From an uncultured Bacteroidales bacterium (GTDB lineage Bacteria > Bacteroidota > Bacteroidia > Bacteroidales > UBA1402), in assembly GCA_964575345.1 (NCBI GenBank), contig CAZNQD010000003.1, positions 11,310 to 75,309 on the forward strand: a stretch of 64,000 nucleotides of DNA. Direction: 5' to 3'. This document shows, piece after piece, positions 27,940-37,850 of the stretch. Position 1 is the first letter of the stretch, and the number at the start of each line of letters is the position of its first letter. The notes below the pieces were generated by a model. That model searched no databases, was not told where the DNA came from, and was given only the letters and a program-made list of their open reading frames with translations. The position numbers were made by a program, and so were the translations under genes.

Positions 27940-29577
27940 ATGAAAAACCGGTATCAACTGTTTCTTATCATATTCCTTTCCGTACTGATCGGTATAACCA
28001 TAGGTAATTTTGTTTCACTCAGGCAACAAAACAATAAATTCATTCCCTCTCTGGTGAATTTCAACAAGCTGGACGCCCTGCTCAATCTCGTATCTTCCAA
28101 ATATGTGGAAGATGTGGACGAAAAAAAACTTATCGAAGGCCTGATCCCTAAAGTCTTGTTGGAATTGGACCCTCACTCGGTCTACATTTCGGCAGAAGAA
28201 ATGGAAAGAGCCAACGAAGACATCGAAGGTTCGTTCAGCGGGGTGGGCATACAATTCAATATCCGGGAAGATACCATACGAGTGGTTGCCGTCATCACGG
28301 GAGGCCCCGCCGAGCAAGCCGGCCTCAGGGCGGGTGATATGATTGTCAGTATTAACGATAGTAGTTTTGTGGGTCCCGCGGTCAACAACGAACGAGTGAT
28401 GAAAACCCTGAGAGGTGAAAAAAACACAGAGGTCAAGGTAGGTATACTCAGAAGAAATGCCGGCCGGGAACTCAGCTATAAGCTTATGCGAGACGATATC
28501 CCGGTGAACAGCATTGATGCTTCTTACAAGATAGGAGAAAACATCGCCTACATTAAACTCGGTAAATTTACCAGATCCACCTACAATGAGTTCTTGTCTG
28601 TTATCAGTAAAATGCAGGCACAGGACAATTGCGACCGCGTTATTCTCGACCTCAGAGGCAATCCCGGAGGATTAATGGGCCCTGCCCTGGCTATTCTTAA
28701 TGAGTTTCTACCCCGAAACAGCCTGATGCTGTATGTCGAAGGCAAGGCTTACAAAAGAGAAGAGAGTTTTTCCGATGGCAGAGGTTCCTGTCAGAATACT
28801 CCTCTTATCGTGCTGATGGATGAATGGGCTGCTTCCTCGAGTGAGATTGTGGCCGGAGCCATACAGGACAACGACAGGGGATACATTGTCGGCCGCAGGT
28901 CTTACGGGAAAGGTCTGGTTCAGCAACAAATTCCATTTAAAGACGGCTCTGCCGTTCGTTTAACGGTTGCGCATTACTACGTGCCTTCGGGGCGTAATAT
29001 TCAAAAACCTTTCGAAAAAGGTGATTTCAAAGATTACGAAATGGATTTAGTGAATCGCTATATGCGGGGAGAATTCGACTCACGCGACAGTATTCGGCTG
29101 AGCGACAGTCTTATTTATAATACCAAAGGGGGACGTCTGGTGTACGGCGGAGGAGGCATTATGCCCGATTTCTTTGTGCCCATAGACACCACCGGCAGCA
29201 GTGAATGGTACAATACAGTATTCAACCAAATATACCCCTATAACTTCGCGGCCAATTACGCCGATCACCACCGCGAGCAGTTATCGGCTTTAAAAACTCC
29301 TGCCGACTTAAAGGCTTATCTGCAAGAGCAAAGAGTCTTCGAAAGCTTTGTTGAATATACGGCAGCCCAAGGCATTGCCAAAAAGCCGCAACAAATCTCC
29401 GAATCCAAAGAATTGGCCGCTACTCAGATTTATGCTTATATAGCACGTAATATTCTGGGAGAAGATGCCTTCTGGATGCTCTTGCAGGAAAAAGATCCCA
29501 CACTCAACAAAGCCGTTTCGCTTATCCGGGACCTGGGTGTAAATGTTGCCACGGATACAGCAGAGCAAAAACAATAA
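27940..29577 (+). CDS. S41-family carboxy-terminal processing peptidase
   Basis: 545 aa. N-terminal TM, PDZ segment (GGPAEQAGLRAGDMIVSIN), catalytic context ASSSEIVAGAIQD and GKGLVQ. Confidence 0.88.
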   Translation: MKNRYQLFLIIFLSVLIGITIGNFVSLRQQNNKFIPSLVNFNKLDALLNLVSSKYVEDVDEKKLIEGLIPKVLLELDPHSVYISAEEMERANEDIEGSFSGVGIQFNIREDTIRVVAVITGGPAEQAGLRAGDMIVSINDSSFVGPAVNNERVMKTLRGEKNTEVKVGILRRNAGRELSYKLMRDDIPVNSIDASYKIGENIAYIKLGKFTRSTYNEFLSVISKMQAQDNCDRVILDLRGNPGGLMGPALAILNEFLPRNSLMLYVEGKAYKREESFSDGRGSCQNTPLIVLMDEWAASSSEIVAGAIQDNDRGYIVGRRSYGKGLVQQQIPFKDGSAVRLTVAHYYVPSGRNIQKPFEKGDFKDYEMDLVNRYMRGEFDSRDSIRLSDSLIYNTKGGRLVYGGGGIMPDFFVPIDTTGSSEWYNTVFNQIYPYNFAANYADHHREQLSALKTPADLKAYLQEQRVFESFVEYTAAQGIAKKPQQISESKELAATQIYAYIARNILGEDAFWMLLQEKDPTLNKAVSLIRDLGVNVATDTAEQKQ

Positions 29578-29582
29578 ATACG

Positions 29583-30131
29583 ATGGATACCGCGGCCGCG
29601 CAAAAAGAACAGCTAAGAAAGGCTCTGCGCTTGCTGACAAAACAACAAAACCCTGCAGAGCTCGAAAAAGAATCCAGGCTTATTTGCAACAAGCTGGAAT
29701 GGAGTCCTGAGTTTAAGGAAGCCCAAAACCTCTTGTTGTATTATTCCTTGTCCGACGAAGTGAGTACGCTGGAATTGATTCAGCGCTGGTACAAACATAA
29801 AAATATTCTGCTCCCCGTAATCATCGACGACAGCAACATGGTTTTACGCCTTTACACCGGACAAACTGCTTTGCAGCTGAATCCCTGGGGTATTGCCGAA
29901 CCCATAGGAGAAGATTTCTTGGTTTACGATAAGATCGACCTGGCGGTTATTCCCGGTATGGCCTTCGATAAACAGGGCTACAGGCTGGGACGGGGTAAAG
30001 CATATTACGACCGTTTTCTGGGTCAACTTCAATGCCCTGTGTTTGGCTTGTGTTTTGCTTACCGCTGCCTTGAAAGCCTGCCTGTAGAAGACTGGGACAT
30101 CCCTGTTCAACGAGTGATAAGCAGTATTTGA
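29583..30131 (+). CDS. 5-formyltetrahydrofolate cyclo-ligase
   Basis: 182 aa. Conserved DLAVIPGMAFDKQGYRLGRGKAYYDRFL motif. Confidence 0.88.
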   Translation: MDTAAAQKEQLRKALRLLTKQQNPAELEKESRLICNKLEWSPEFKEAQNLLLYYSLSDEVSTLELIQRWYKHKNILLPVIIDDSNMVLRLYTGQTALQLNPWGIAEPIGEDFLVYDKIDLAVIPGMAFDKQGYRLGRGKAYYDRFLGQLQCPVFGLCFAYRCLESLPVEDWDIPVQRVISSI

Positions 30132-30157
30132 AGGTTTTGGTTATAACTGCCGCTATA

Positions 30158-31495
30158 CTATTTTGTCGGATTTTCCTTTTTAACCGTTCGGCTGTCTGTG
30201 TGGTTTTCCTTTTTGCATTTCTTTAATTGCTTTTCGAGATCGGCAATTTTAAGCTCCTGGTTTTGTATGGTGGTCAGCAACGAATTTAATTCCTCGTTTT
30301 CAACCGACGAAGGGAACTGGGCATCCACACGCTCCATGAAATCGCTCAGCACATTCATATAGTTTATAAAAGCCTCAAAGGGGGTCTCGTAAGGGCTGAA
30401 ATAACGATACAGGCCGCCATCGGAAAAGTTCTTTGTGCTCATATAATAAAAATGGTCGCTGGTCTGCAGGTAATTCCAGTCAAGATGCAAGCGGCGGTCT
30501 TTGCTCATCCGCATCCTTTCGGCTATACTGTAGAGCTTGTTGAAAGCTTCCTGCTGAAGGTCGTTCCCCAGCCAGGCGCTTAAATCTCTTTCTTCGTCTG
30601 TCCATGAAATGGGATTGGGAACGCTGATAGGGCCTGTTGCTTTTACAAGGCCGCTAACCTCGGAAGGAGTTGAAAACTCAATCCCTTTTTCGAAGGCAAA
30701 CTTGGGCAGGGCTTTAAGAAACTCAAAAATGCCGCTTTCTTTGGACTGAAGGTTGCCAAAGGTTTCATAATTCATAAATAAATTAATAACCTGCTCATTA
30801 TCGGGCGTTTTGTGAATCCAGTCGATGAATTTGTCAGCCACCAATGGGTACTCGCTCCAGTTATAGTTTGAAAAACGGAAAGTGATATCATCACTCAGTT
30901 TATCGTTTTTCAACAAAAGTTTCAGGTTGGGATTTAAAGCACTGTGGTAGACAAAATTGGGGCTTTTCCATCCGAGCACCGCTTTGGCACCCTCGGAAAT
31001 AATGGTTTTGTACCCCATGGAATAGATCAATTCTCCTAAATCGTCAGAATAAACTAACTCGGTATTTCTAAAGGTTTTAGGTCTTTGGCCAAATAAGATT
31101 TCAATACGTTTGCGGTGTTGCGTGACCTGGTCTTTAAACTCCTTTTCATCTATAATGGAAGACAAAGAATGAGCATAGGTTTCACTTAGAAATTCGACCG
31201 CACCTGTTTTGGCTAATTTCCGAAAACTTTCGATGACTTCCGGAGCGTATTGTTCCAGCTGATCCAGGGCTACACCCGAAATGGAAAAAGCCACCCGGAA
31301 TTTTCCTTCGCTTGACTGAATCAAGTCGTAGATAATTTGATTGGCCGGCAAAAAAGAATTGGCGGCAATTCGCTGAAGTATTTGCTCGTTGGTGAAATCG
31401 TCGTAATAATAATGATCTGCACCTATATCAAAAAAGCGATATCGTTTAAGACGAAAAGGTTGGTGAATCTGAAAATAAAAACAAATCGTTTTCAT
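30158..31495 (-). CDS. glycoside hydrolase family 57 protein (alpha-amylase-like)
   Basis: 445 aa. N-terminus FYFQIHQPFRLKRYRFFDIG and MNYETFG segment are typical of the Bacteroidota/cyanobacterial GH57 group. Confidence 0.8.
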   Translation of the reverse strand: MKTICFYFQIHQPFRLKRYRFFDIGADHYYYDDFTNEQILQRIAANSFLPANQIIYDLIQSSEGKFRVAFSISGVALDQLEQYAPEVIESFRKLAKTGAVEFLSETYAHSLSSIIDEKEFKDQVTQHRKRIEILFGQRPKTFRNTELVYSDDLGELIYSMGYKTIISEGAKAVLGWKSPNFVYHSALNPNLKLLLKNDKLSDDITFRFSNYNWSEYPLVADKFIDWIHKTPDNEQVINLFMNYETFGNLQSKESGIFEFLKALPKFAFEKGIEFSTPSEVSGLVKATGPISVPNPISWTDEERDLSAWLGNDLQQEAFNKLYSIAERMRMSKDRRLHLDWNYLQTSDHFYYMSTKNFSDGGLYRYFSPYETPFEAFINYMNVLSDFMERVDAQFPSSVENEELNSLLTTIQNQELKIADLEKQLKKCKKENHTDSRTVKKENPTK

Positions 31496-31512
31496 AAGGC
31501 TTTATTTAATAA

Positions 31513-32778
31513 TTACTTTATTCCTAACAGACGGTCATAAACGGCTCTGACCTTTTGTCCGGCATACTCCCATTTGATCTCGTCCACTTCTTTTTTGCCC
31601 TGAATCTTCAGAAATTCATACATGGCCTGATTGCTGATTATTGAGTAGATGGCATCGGCCATGGCATCAATATCCCAATAGTCGGTTTTGATGGCATAAT
31701 TCAGGATTTCGGCACAACCCGATTGTTTCGAAATAATGGAAGGAACCCCTACCTGCATGGCTTCGAGTGGAGATATCCCAAATGGCTCTGACACCGAGGG
31801 CATTATGTAGACATCACTCGATTTTAGCATTCTGTAAACCTGGTTGCCTTTCAAAAAGCCGGGGAAATGGAACTTGTCTGCTATTCCCCTTTTGGCTACC
31901 AGGCTTATCATGGCCTCCATCATATCTCCGTTGCCTGCCATTACAAAACGGACTTTGGGGGTTTTCTGCAAAACACGGCTGGCAGCTTCGACAAAATACT
32001 CCGGCCCTTTCTGCATGGTGATTCTTCCCAGAAAAGTGACTATCTTTTGATTCGTATGTCTTTCCGGTTGAATTTCCTCGATTTTTTTGCTTACCGGCTC
32101 AACGGCGTTATGGACAGTGGATACCTTGCGGGGATCCTGATGGTATTTGCTAATCACGGTGTCCCTGGTCAGATTACTGACGCAAATGATATGATCGGCA
32201 TGATCCATACCGTTTTTTTCGATACCGTAGACCTGTGGATTGACATTGCCCCGGCTGCGGTCAAAATCGGTGGCATGAACATGGATGACCAAAGGTTTAC
32301 CGCTGACATTCTTAGCATGAATACCCGCAGAATAAGTGAGCCAGTCGTGTGAATGGATTATGTCGTAATGCTCGGTACGGGCGATGACTCCGGCACAAAT
32401 GGAATAGTTGTTGATTTCCTCCATCAAATTGTCGGGGTAACGTCCCGAAAACTCGATACAACCCAGGTCGTTGGTGTATAAATATCTGAAATCGGCATAG
32501 ATATGACCTCTCATATTGTAGTAGTCCCGGGGGCTCATATAAGAGCCGAAACGGCTATCCAGGTGTTCCCAGGAAACATCTCTCCAAACCACCGGTGTAT
32601 TGCAGGCTCCTATAATTTTAACGAAACTCTGGTCTTCGTCTCCGTAAGGTTTGGGAATGACAAAAACAAGATCCATATCGGCTTGCATGGCCATTCCTCT
32701 GGTTAGTCCATAGCTGGCCGTTCCCAAACCGCCCAGAATATGTGGAGGGAATTCCCAGCCAAACATAAGTGCTCTCAT
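31513..32778 (-). CDS. GT4-family glycosyltransferase (glycogen synthase-like)
   Basis: 421 aa, GT-B fold, with EX7E motif region SEPFGISPLEAM. The ATG overlaps the upstream stop (ATGA). Confidence 0.8.
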   Translation of the reverse strand: MRALMFGWEFPPHILGGLGTASYGLTRGMAMQADMDLVFVIPKPYGDEDQSFVKIIGACNTPVVWRDVSWEHLDSRFGSYMSPRDYYNMRGHIYADFRYLYTNDLGCIEFSGRYPDNLMEEINNYSICAGVIARTEHYDIIHSHDWLTYSAGIHAKNVSGKPLVIHVHATDFDRSRGNVNPQVYGIEKNGMDHADHIICVSNLTRDTVISKYHQDPRKVSTVHNAVEPVSKKIEEIQPERHTNQKIVTFLGRITMQKGPEYFVEAASRVLQKTPKVRFVMAGNGDMMEAMISLVAKRGIADKFHFPGFLKGNQVYRMLKSSDVYIMPSVSEPFGISPLEAMQVGVPSIISKQSGCAEILNYAIKTDYWDIDAMADAIYSIISNQAMYEFLKIQGKKEVDEIKWEYAGQKVRAVYDRLLGIK

Positions 32779-34733
32779 CCTTGTGTGGTATTAGCTGACA
32801 TTACTTTGATTATTTGTTTTATCCGAAGTATCTCCGCAACACTCATGGCAAAGGAGACAGCCCCTCTACCCCGGTAAGGTGGATTTCCGTCGTACAGTTC
32901 CGAAATAGTACCAATACCTCTGTCCGTCAGATCGTCCTCAAATCCATAAATGATTCGTTCAGCAAAGTCTAGTCCCCGGATTTTGTGAATTTTGAGATAA
33001 GCTTCAATATATGGACCAATCAGCCAGGCCCAGGCTGTTCCCTGATGATAAGCCCAGGTCCTGCGGTTTTCGGATCCTTCGAATAGGGGATTGTATCCCA
33101 GACTCTTGGGGCTGAGTGTTCGTAAGCCCTTGGGCGTGAGCAATTCCTTGGTGACAATGTCGAGTACCTGCTTTTTTTGCATCTTGTCCAGGGGTGAATA
33201 ATCAAGCGAGACAGCGAAAATTTGATTTGGACGAACACTCCAATCTATTGTCTGTCCATCCACAAAATCGTACAAATAACCGAAATCGTTGCGGAATACT
33301 TCGATAAAAGAGGCTCCGGCTTTCTGTGCGAGTTCCGAGTATCGGGCTTGTAATTCCGGCTTGCCGTCAAGGGCGGCCATTTCTGAGGCAAAGCAAAGCG
33401 CATTATACCACAGAGCGTTGAATTCAACTAAATAACCTGTTCTTGGCACCAGAGGTTTACCGTACATGGTGGAATTCATCCAGCTGGCAGGTTGCTCTCT
33501 GCCGTTGGTAAAGAGCAATCCGTTGTTATGCAAAACAAGTTTATCGTGCTTTTGACCGATTATAAAATCCAGCGAATCAAACAGGAGTTTATTGTAATTT
33601 TCTGCGCATTTTTCTGTACCCTGGTCTTTGGCGTATTGTTGAACAGCCCATATCATCCACAACAAGACATCTGGTGCATCTATTTCTGTAATGGCACAAT
33701 CGGCGGCTTTGTGCTCCATAAAATTTTGCAATCCTTTTTGGCCGGTTTCCATTATTGCATCAAACAAACCGGGATCTCCGGCTGCGAGGGTACAGCCCGG
33801 AAGAGAGACAAACATATCCCTCGCCCGGCATTCAAACCAGGGATAGCCTGCCAGCAGGTAACGCTGTCCGTCGGGATGTTTGTTGTAAAACTGGTAAGCC
33901 GCGTTTTTAAGGCTGTTGGTAAAACTGCTTCTTGGCGTACGAATCGCCTTTTCTTCATCAAACATTTTCCGCATAGCTGCAGGCTGGATAGCCGAAACAC
34001 CTGCAGAAAAATAAATGCTTTCGTCTTTTTTAATGGGTATTTCAAAATAACCGGGAACAAACAGATCCTCTTTGTAATTATAGCCTCTTTCCTGTTCCTT
34101 CATATATTCTACATTTCTGTACCAATCGGGAGAATACAGAAATTCATTTTTTGCGGACAATTGCATGTGCAACTCAGGATAACCATTATAAAGACAAAGT
34201 TTAATTCCTTTATCGATAAGCTGATAGTCTTTATTTATATAATTATTTTCCCTGCAGAGGTCGTTGATGCTGCGAAAAGCCAAAAATGGCCTCAATCTGA
34301 GCCTGGTGGGAGAATGCGCTTCGAGTAGGGTATACTTTATCAGTATGCGGTTCTCGTGCGAAACAAATATTTTTTCCCTGGAAAGAATTACACCCCCTAC
34401 CCGATAGATGGTTGAAGGGTTGGAATCACATTCAAATTCGCGAATGTATTTATGTCCCTGAGGGCTGTAATTATCTCCTTCGTATTTGTGCAAACCAAGA
34501 TTGAATTCTGCTCCGTGTTGAATGACAGTTGTATCCAGGGAAGAAACAAGCACATGATTTTTCCCGTCCAGTTCAGGTACGGGAATCACCAACAAACCAT
34601 GGTATTTCCTGGTATTGCAGTCGACTATGGTGGAATAGCTGTAGGCTCCCGATTTGTTGGTTTGCAACAATTCTTTGCTTAACGATTGCTGCAAGTTGAC
34701 CATTAGGGCTTTATCAAATTTCAAATAGGTCAT
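32775..34733 (-). CDS. glycogen debranching enzyme (amylo-alpha-1,6-glucosidase family, GDE_N + GDE_C)
   Basis: Start at MTYLKFDK. N-terminal RKYHGLLV motif and a C-terminal (alpha/alpha)6 region with YHQGTAWAW. Confidence 0.82.
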   Translation of the reverse strand: MTYLKFDKALMVNLQQSLSKELLQTNKSGAYSYSTIVDCNTRKYHGLLVIPVPELDGKNHVLVSSLDTTVIQHGAEFNLGLHKYEGDNYSPQGHKYIREFECDSNPSTIYRVGGVILSREKIFVSHENRILIKYTLLEAHSPTRLRLRPFLAFRSINDLCRENNYINKDYQLIDKGIKLCLYNGYPELHMQLSAKNEFLYSPDWYRNVEYMKEQERGYNYKEDLFVPGYFEIPIKKDESIYFSAGVSAIQPAAMRKMFDEEKAIRTPRSSFTNSLKNAAYQFYNKHPDGQRYLLAGYPWFECRARDMFVSLPGCTLAAGDPGLFDAIMETGQKGLQNFMEHKAADCAITEIDAPDVLLWMIWAVQQYAKDQGTEKCAENYNKLLFDSLDFIIGQKHDKLVLHNNGLLFTNGREQPASWMNSTMYGKPLVPRTGYLVEFNALWYNALCFASEMAALDGKPELQARYSELAQKAGASFIEVFRNDFGYLYDFVDGQTIDWSVRPNQIFAVSLDYSPLDKMQKKQVLDIVTKELLTPKGLRTLSPKSLGYNPLFEGSENRRTWAYHQGTAWAWLIGPYIEAYLKIHKIRGLDFAERIIYGFEDDLTDRGIGTISELYDGNPPYRGRGAVSFAMSVAEILRIKQIIKVMSANTTQG

Positions 34734-34956
34734 AACAGTTCTTGTTTTGCGTATTACGATGAATAATCCGCATTGGTAAAAAATCAGGTACTTATGCAAA
34801 AAAACAACAGACGAAGATAAGTTATATTTAGAAATTACAGTTGAAAAAGTTTCAAATTAAAAGACAAGAACTATATGTTTTACGTCATCTTTTTACCTGT
34901 CTTCGGGTAGTTTTTTCTTTATGGCGGGGTTTTTATTGGCAATTGCAGAATTTTAG

Positions 34957-34964
34957 TATTTTTG
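34957..34964 (+). promoter_or_regulatory. -7 box TATTTTTG for the Wzz-topology membrane protein gene
   Basis: Motif match 40 nt before the ATG at 35004. Confidence 0.45.
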
Positions 34965-35003
34965 TATTCTCAATTTATACATTTACTCACGACACTTCGT
35001 ACT

Positions 35004-35996
35004 ATGGAAAAACAACAAAAAGAACTCAATCTTTCCGAACTTCTGATGCTTTTGTTCAAAGGTATCGGCAATTTAATCAAGTGGCTGTGGAATCTTTTTA
35101 TACAGGCTTTGCGCCTGAGCTACCGAAAAAAGTGGATCGTTCTGGCATTCATTGTGGCCGGACTTGCCTGGGGATATTTTGCTTCTACACCCGACAAACT
35201 GACACACAAAGCGTCCGTAACTGTAAAAACCATCATTAAAGGAAGTCAGTACAGCAAAGATTTTATTAAAACATTAAATGCCGATTGCGGGAAAAAAGAC
35301 AAGAGCGATTTAGCAAAAAAATTGAATATCACTGAGGAAGAAGCCAAAAAAATTGTTTCCCTGGAATCTTTCTATTTAGTTGACATTGGTGCTGATGGCA
35401 TTCTTGACCAGGTTGATTATAAGGAGAATTTTAAAGGTGACACGATCAACATCTGGAGTAATAATTACTTATACGTTGAAATTTCATCCAAAGATGAAAA
35501 ATTATTTCCCACAATAAGAGAGGGGATTGTCTATGCCTTGAATAATGACCTCTCTGTGCAAAAAGAGAAAGCTTTCATGAATTTGGAACATTCCGACTGG
35601 ATTTCTATGCTTAATGAAGAATTGGAAAAAATCAAGGAGTTACAATCAAAAATGTTTGCCGAAGATGTAAACAACGTCACCTCTTTGAGTTTAAGGCAAA
35701 AGCCCAAGGAACAACGTTCTGACCCCAATATAATGACCGTATTGGGCGAAACAAAAATGCAAATGTTTACAGGTGATAAAATTCACTCTATGATAGTTAT
35801 GAACAATCATAAACGCGGAATTAAAGAACTTGACGAAGGCGCCATACGGGTTGAATTACCCATTTTATATCTCGGAGTGGCAAACCCCCGGTACAAAGTG
35901 ATGATCATCCGGGCTTTCCTGGGCTATCTTTTGGGCCTGGGGCTCTGCGCCTACCTGGTAAACCGCAAAAAGATTATTGCTTTTCTGGAAGCATAA
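35004..35996 (+). CDS. hypothetical bitopic membrane protein with Wzz/PCP-like topology
   Basis: Start at MEKQQKEL, 40 nt after a TATTTTTG -7 box. TM near residues 45-65, a soluble region of about 240 aa with coiled-coil stretches, and a second TM at the C-terminus. Confidence 0.6.
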   Translation: MEKQQKELNLSELLMLLFKGIGNLIKWLWNLFIQALRLSYRKKWIVLAFIVAGLAWGYFASTPDKLTHKASVTVKTIIKGSQYSKDFIKTLNADCGKKDKSDLAKKLNITEEEAKKIVSLESFYLVDIGADGILDQVDYKENFKGDTINIWSNNYLYVEISSKDEKLFPTIREGIVYALNNDLSVQKEKAFMNLEHSDWISMLNEELEKIKELQSKMFAEDVNNVTSLSLRQKPKEQRSDPNIMTVLGETKMQMFTGDKIHSMIVMNNHKRGIKELDEGAIRVELPILYLGVANPRYKVMIIRAFLGYLLGLGLCAYLVNRKKIIAFLEA

Positions 35997-36086
35997 TGAC
36001 TTCCGGGGCCGTCCGGATGAATGAACGACAGTTTGAAGAGTCGAGGTCTGTTGTATGGTCTTGGCAGAAACCTGCTGTAAAATACT

Positions 36087-37838
36087 CTACAAACCCAAAG
36101 ATTTCATTATCTCTTTGAATTTTTCTTCGGCCAACTTACATTTGTCTGAGTAGTCGGAGCGTGATTTCAGCACATCGCGTACTTCGATGTAGAATTTAAT
36201 CTTTGGTTCCGTACCCGAGGGACGGATAGACACTTTAGTTCCGTCCTGGCTGAAGTATTGTAAGACATTGGAAGTTTCGGGCATTTTAAGATCTAAACAT
36301 TCCTCGCTATTTGGCTTACAGGCTTTCAGGCTCATATAATCCTTAACCAGAATTACCGGAGAACCCGCCAGTTCATTCACCGGTTTGGATCTGAAATTAT
36401 CCATCATAACTTTGATTTGTTCAGCCCCGGATTTCCCCTTTTTAACTACCGAAATTCCCTTTTCTCTCGAAAAGCCGTATTCCATGTAAATATCCAGCAA
36501 CAATTCATACAGGCTTTTTCCTTTTTCTTTGGCCCAGGCAAGTATTTCGGCCATCAAAGCACAGGACGAAACAGCGTCTTTGTCGCGAACAAAATCCTGG
36601 GGCAGGAAGCCATAACTTTCTTCCCCTCCGCCTATATACTGTCGTTTGCCTTCAAATTCCCTGATTATGGCTGCTATCCATTTGAAGCCGGTATAAGTGT
36701 CGAACATATCCACCCGGTTTCTGTCGGCAATTTCTTTGATCAACTCGGTAGTAACTATAGTTTTAACGATATACTCCTTGCCACTTTCCAACATTCCCAG
36801 TTCGGAACGTCTTTTAATTAAATAATAGATAAAGATCAGTGCGGTCTGATGTCCATTGACCAGAATCCATTCTTCCCGATCGTTTTTGACTGCTATTCCA
36901 AGACGATCGGCGTCCGGATCGGAAGCCATTACAATATCCGCATCCACTTCGGCCGCTCTTTTCAGCGCCAGCGACAAAGCCGCCGGTTCCTCGGGATTGG
37001 GCGAAACCACCGTGGGAAAGTCCCCGCTGACTACATCCTGTTCGGGCACATTGATGATGTTTTTGAAACCAAAAGCCCTGAGGCAGGCAGGAATGATTCT
37101 GACACCGGTACCGTGGATAGGTGTGTATACAATTTTCAGGTCTTCGTGTTTTCGGATAGATTCGGGAGATAAGGAAATGGTTTTGATCTTTTTGATGTAT
37201 CTCTCATCAATTTCGGCCCCAATCAGCCGGATAAGCTTTTTATTTCCATCAAAGCGAATGGAGCTGACATCCCTGATGGCCTGTACTTCGTCAATAATTG
37301 AATGATCGTGGGGAGCCACCACCTGAGCCCCGTCGTCCCAATAAGCTTTATAGCCATTGTATTCCTTGGGATTGTGCGAGGCAGTCAATACGATTCCGCT
37401 CTGGCATTTCAAATGACGTATAGCATAAGACACTTCGGGGGTGGGACGCAAATCGTCGAATAAATACACATAAATGCCGTTGGCCGAAAATATTTCGGCA
37501 CATATTTCGGCAAAGAAGCGACTGTTGTTTCTGCAATCATGCCCAATTACCACAGATATCCGGGGCAAATGACCAAAGGACTTATTCAGGTAATTGGCCA
37601 AACCCTGGGTTGCTGCTCCAACCGTATAGCGATTCATTCGGTTACTCCCGGGTCCCATAATCCCACGCAGCCCGCCTGTTCCAAACTCCAGATCTTTGTA
37701 AAAACATTCAATCAATTCTGTTTTGTCTTCCTTATCAAGCATAGCCTGAACCGCCGCCCTTGTTTGCACATCGTAAGTCTCAGTCAGCCAACGCTGAGCC
37801 TTGGCGGTGACTTCTTTTATCAACTTTATATTATCCAT
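36087..37838 (-). CDS. phosphoglucomutase / phospho-sugar mutase
   Basis: 583 aa. Active-site TASHNP, metal loop MASDPDADR, sugar-binding GGEESYG. Confidence 0.9.
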   Translation of the reverse strand: MDNIKLIKEVTAKAQRWLTETYDVQTRAAVQAMLDKEDKTELIECFYKDLEFGTGGLRGIMGPGSNRMNRYTVGAATQGLANYLNKSFGHLPRISVVIGHDCRNNSRFFAEICAEIFSANGIYVYLFDDLRPTPEVSYAIRHLKCQSGIVLTASHNPKEYNGYKAYWDDGAQVVAPHDHSIIDEVQAIRDVSSIRFDGNKKLIRLIGAEIDERYIKKIKTISLSPESIRKHEDLKIVYTPIHGTGVRIIPACLRAFGFKNIINVPEQDVVSGDFPTVVSPNPEEPAALSLALKRAAEVDADIVMASDPDADRLGIAVKNDREEWILVNGHQTALIFIYYLIKRRSELGMLESGKEYIVKTIVTTELIKEIADRNRVDMFDTYTGFKWIAAIIREFEGKRQYIGGGEESYGFLPQDFVRDKDAVSSCALMAEILAWAKEKGKSLYELLLDIYMEYGFSREKGISVVKKGKSGAEQIKVMMDNFRSKPVNELAGSPVILVKDYMSLKACKPNSEECLDLKMPETSNVLQYFSQDGTKVSIRPSGTEPKIKFYIEVRDVLKSRSDYSDKCKLAEEKFKEIMKSLGL

Positions 37839-37850
37839 AGTCTGCTGGTA

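Noticed and set aside
34841-35239. A 132-aa ORF spanning the promoter and 5' end of the 35004 gene. Small ORFs in other intergenic regions were also considered (60759-61058, 60950-61165, 6935-7117, 9231-9578, 13402-13605).
   Set aside because: They overlap promoter boxes or better-supported genes in another frame. They have odd composition and lack any start context or recognisable motif.
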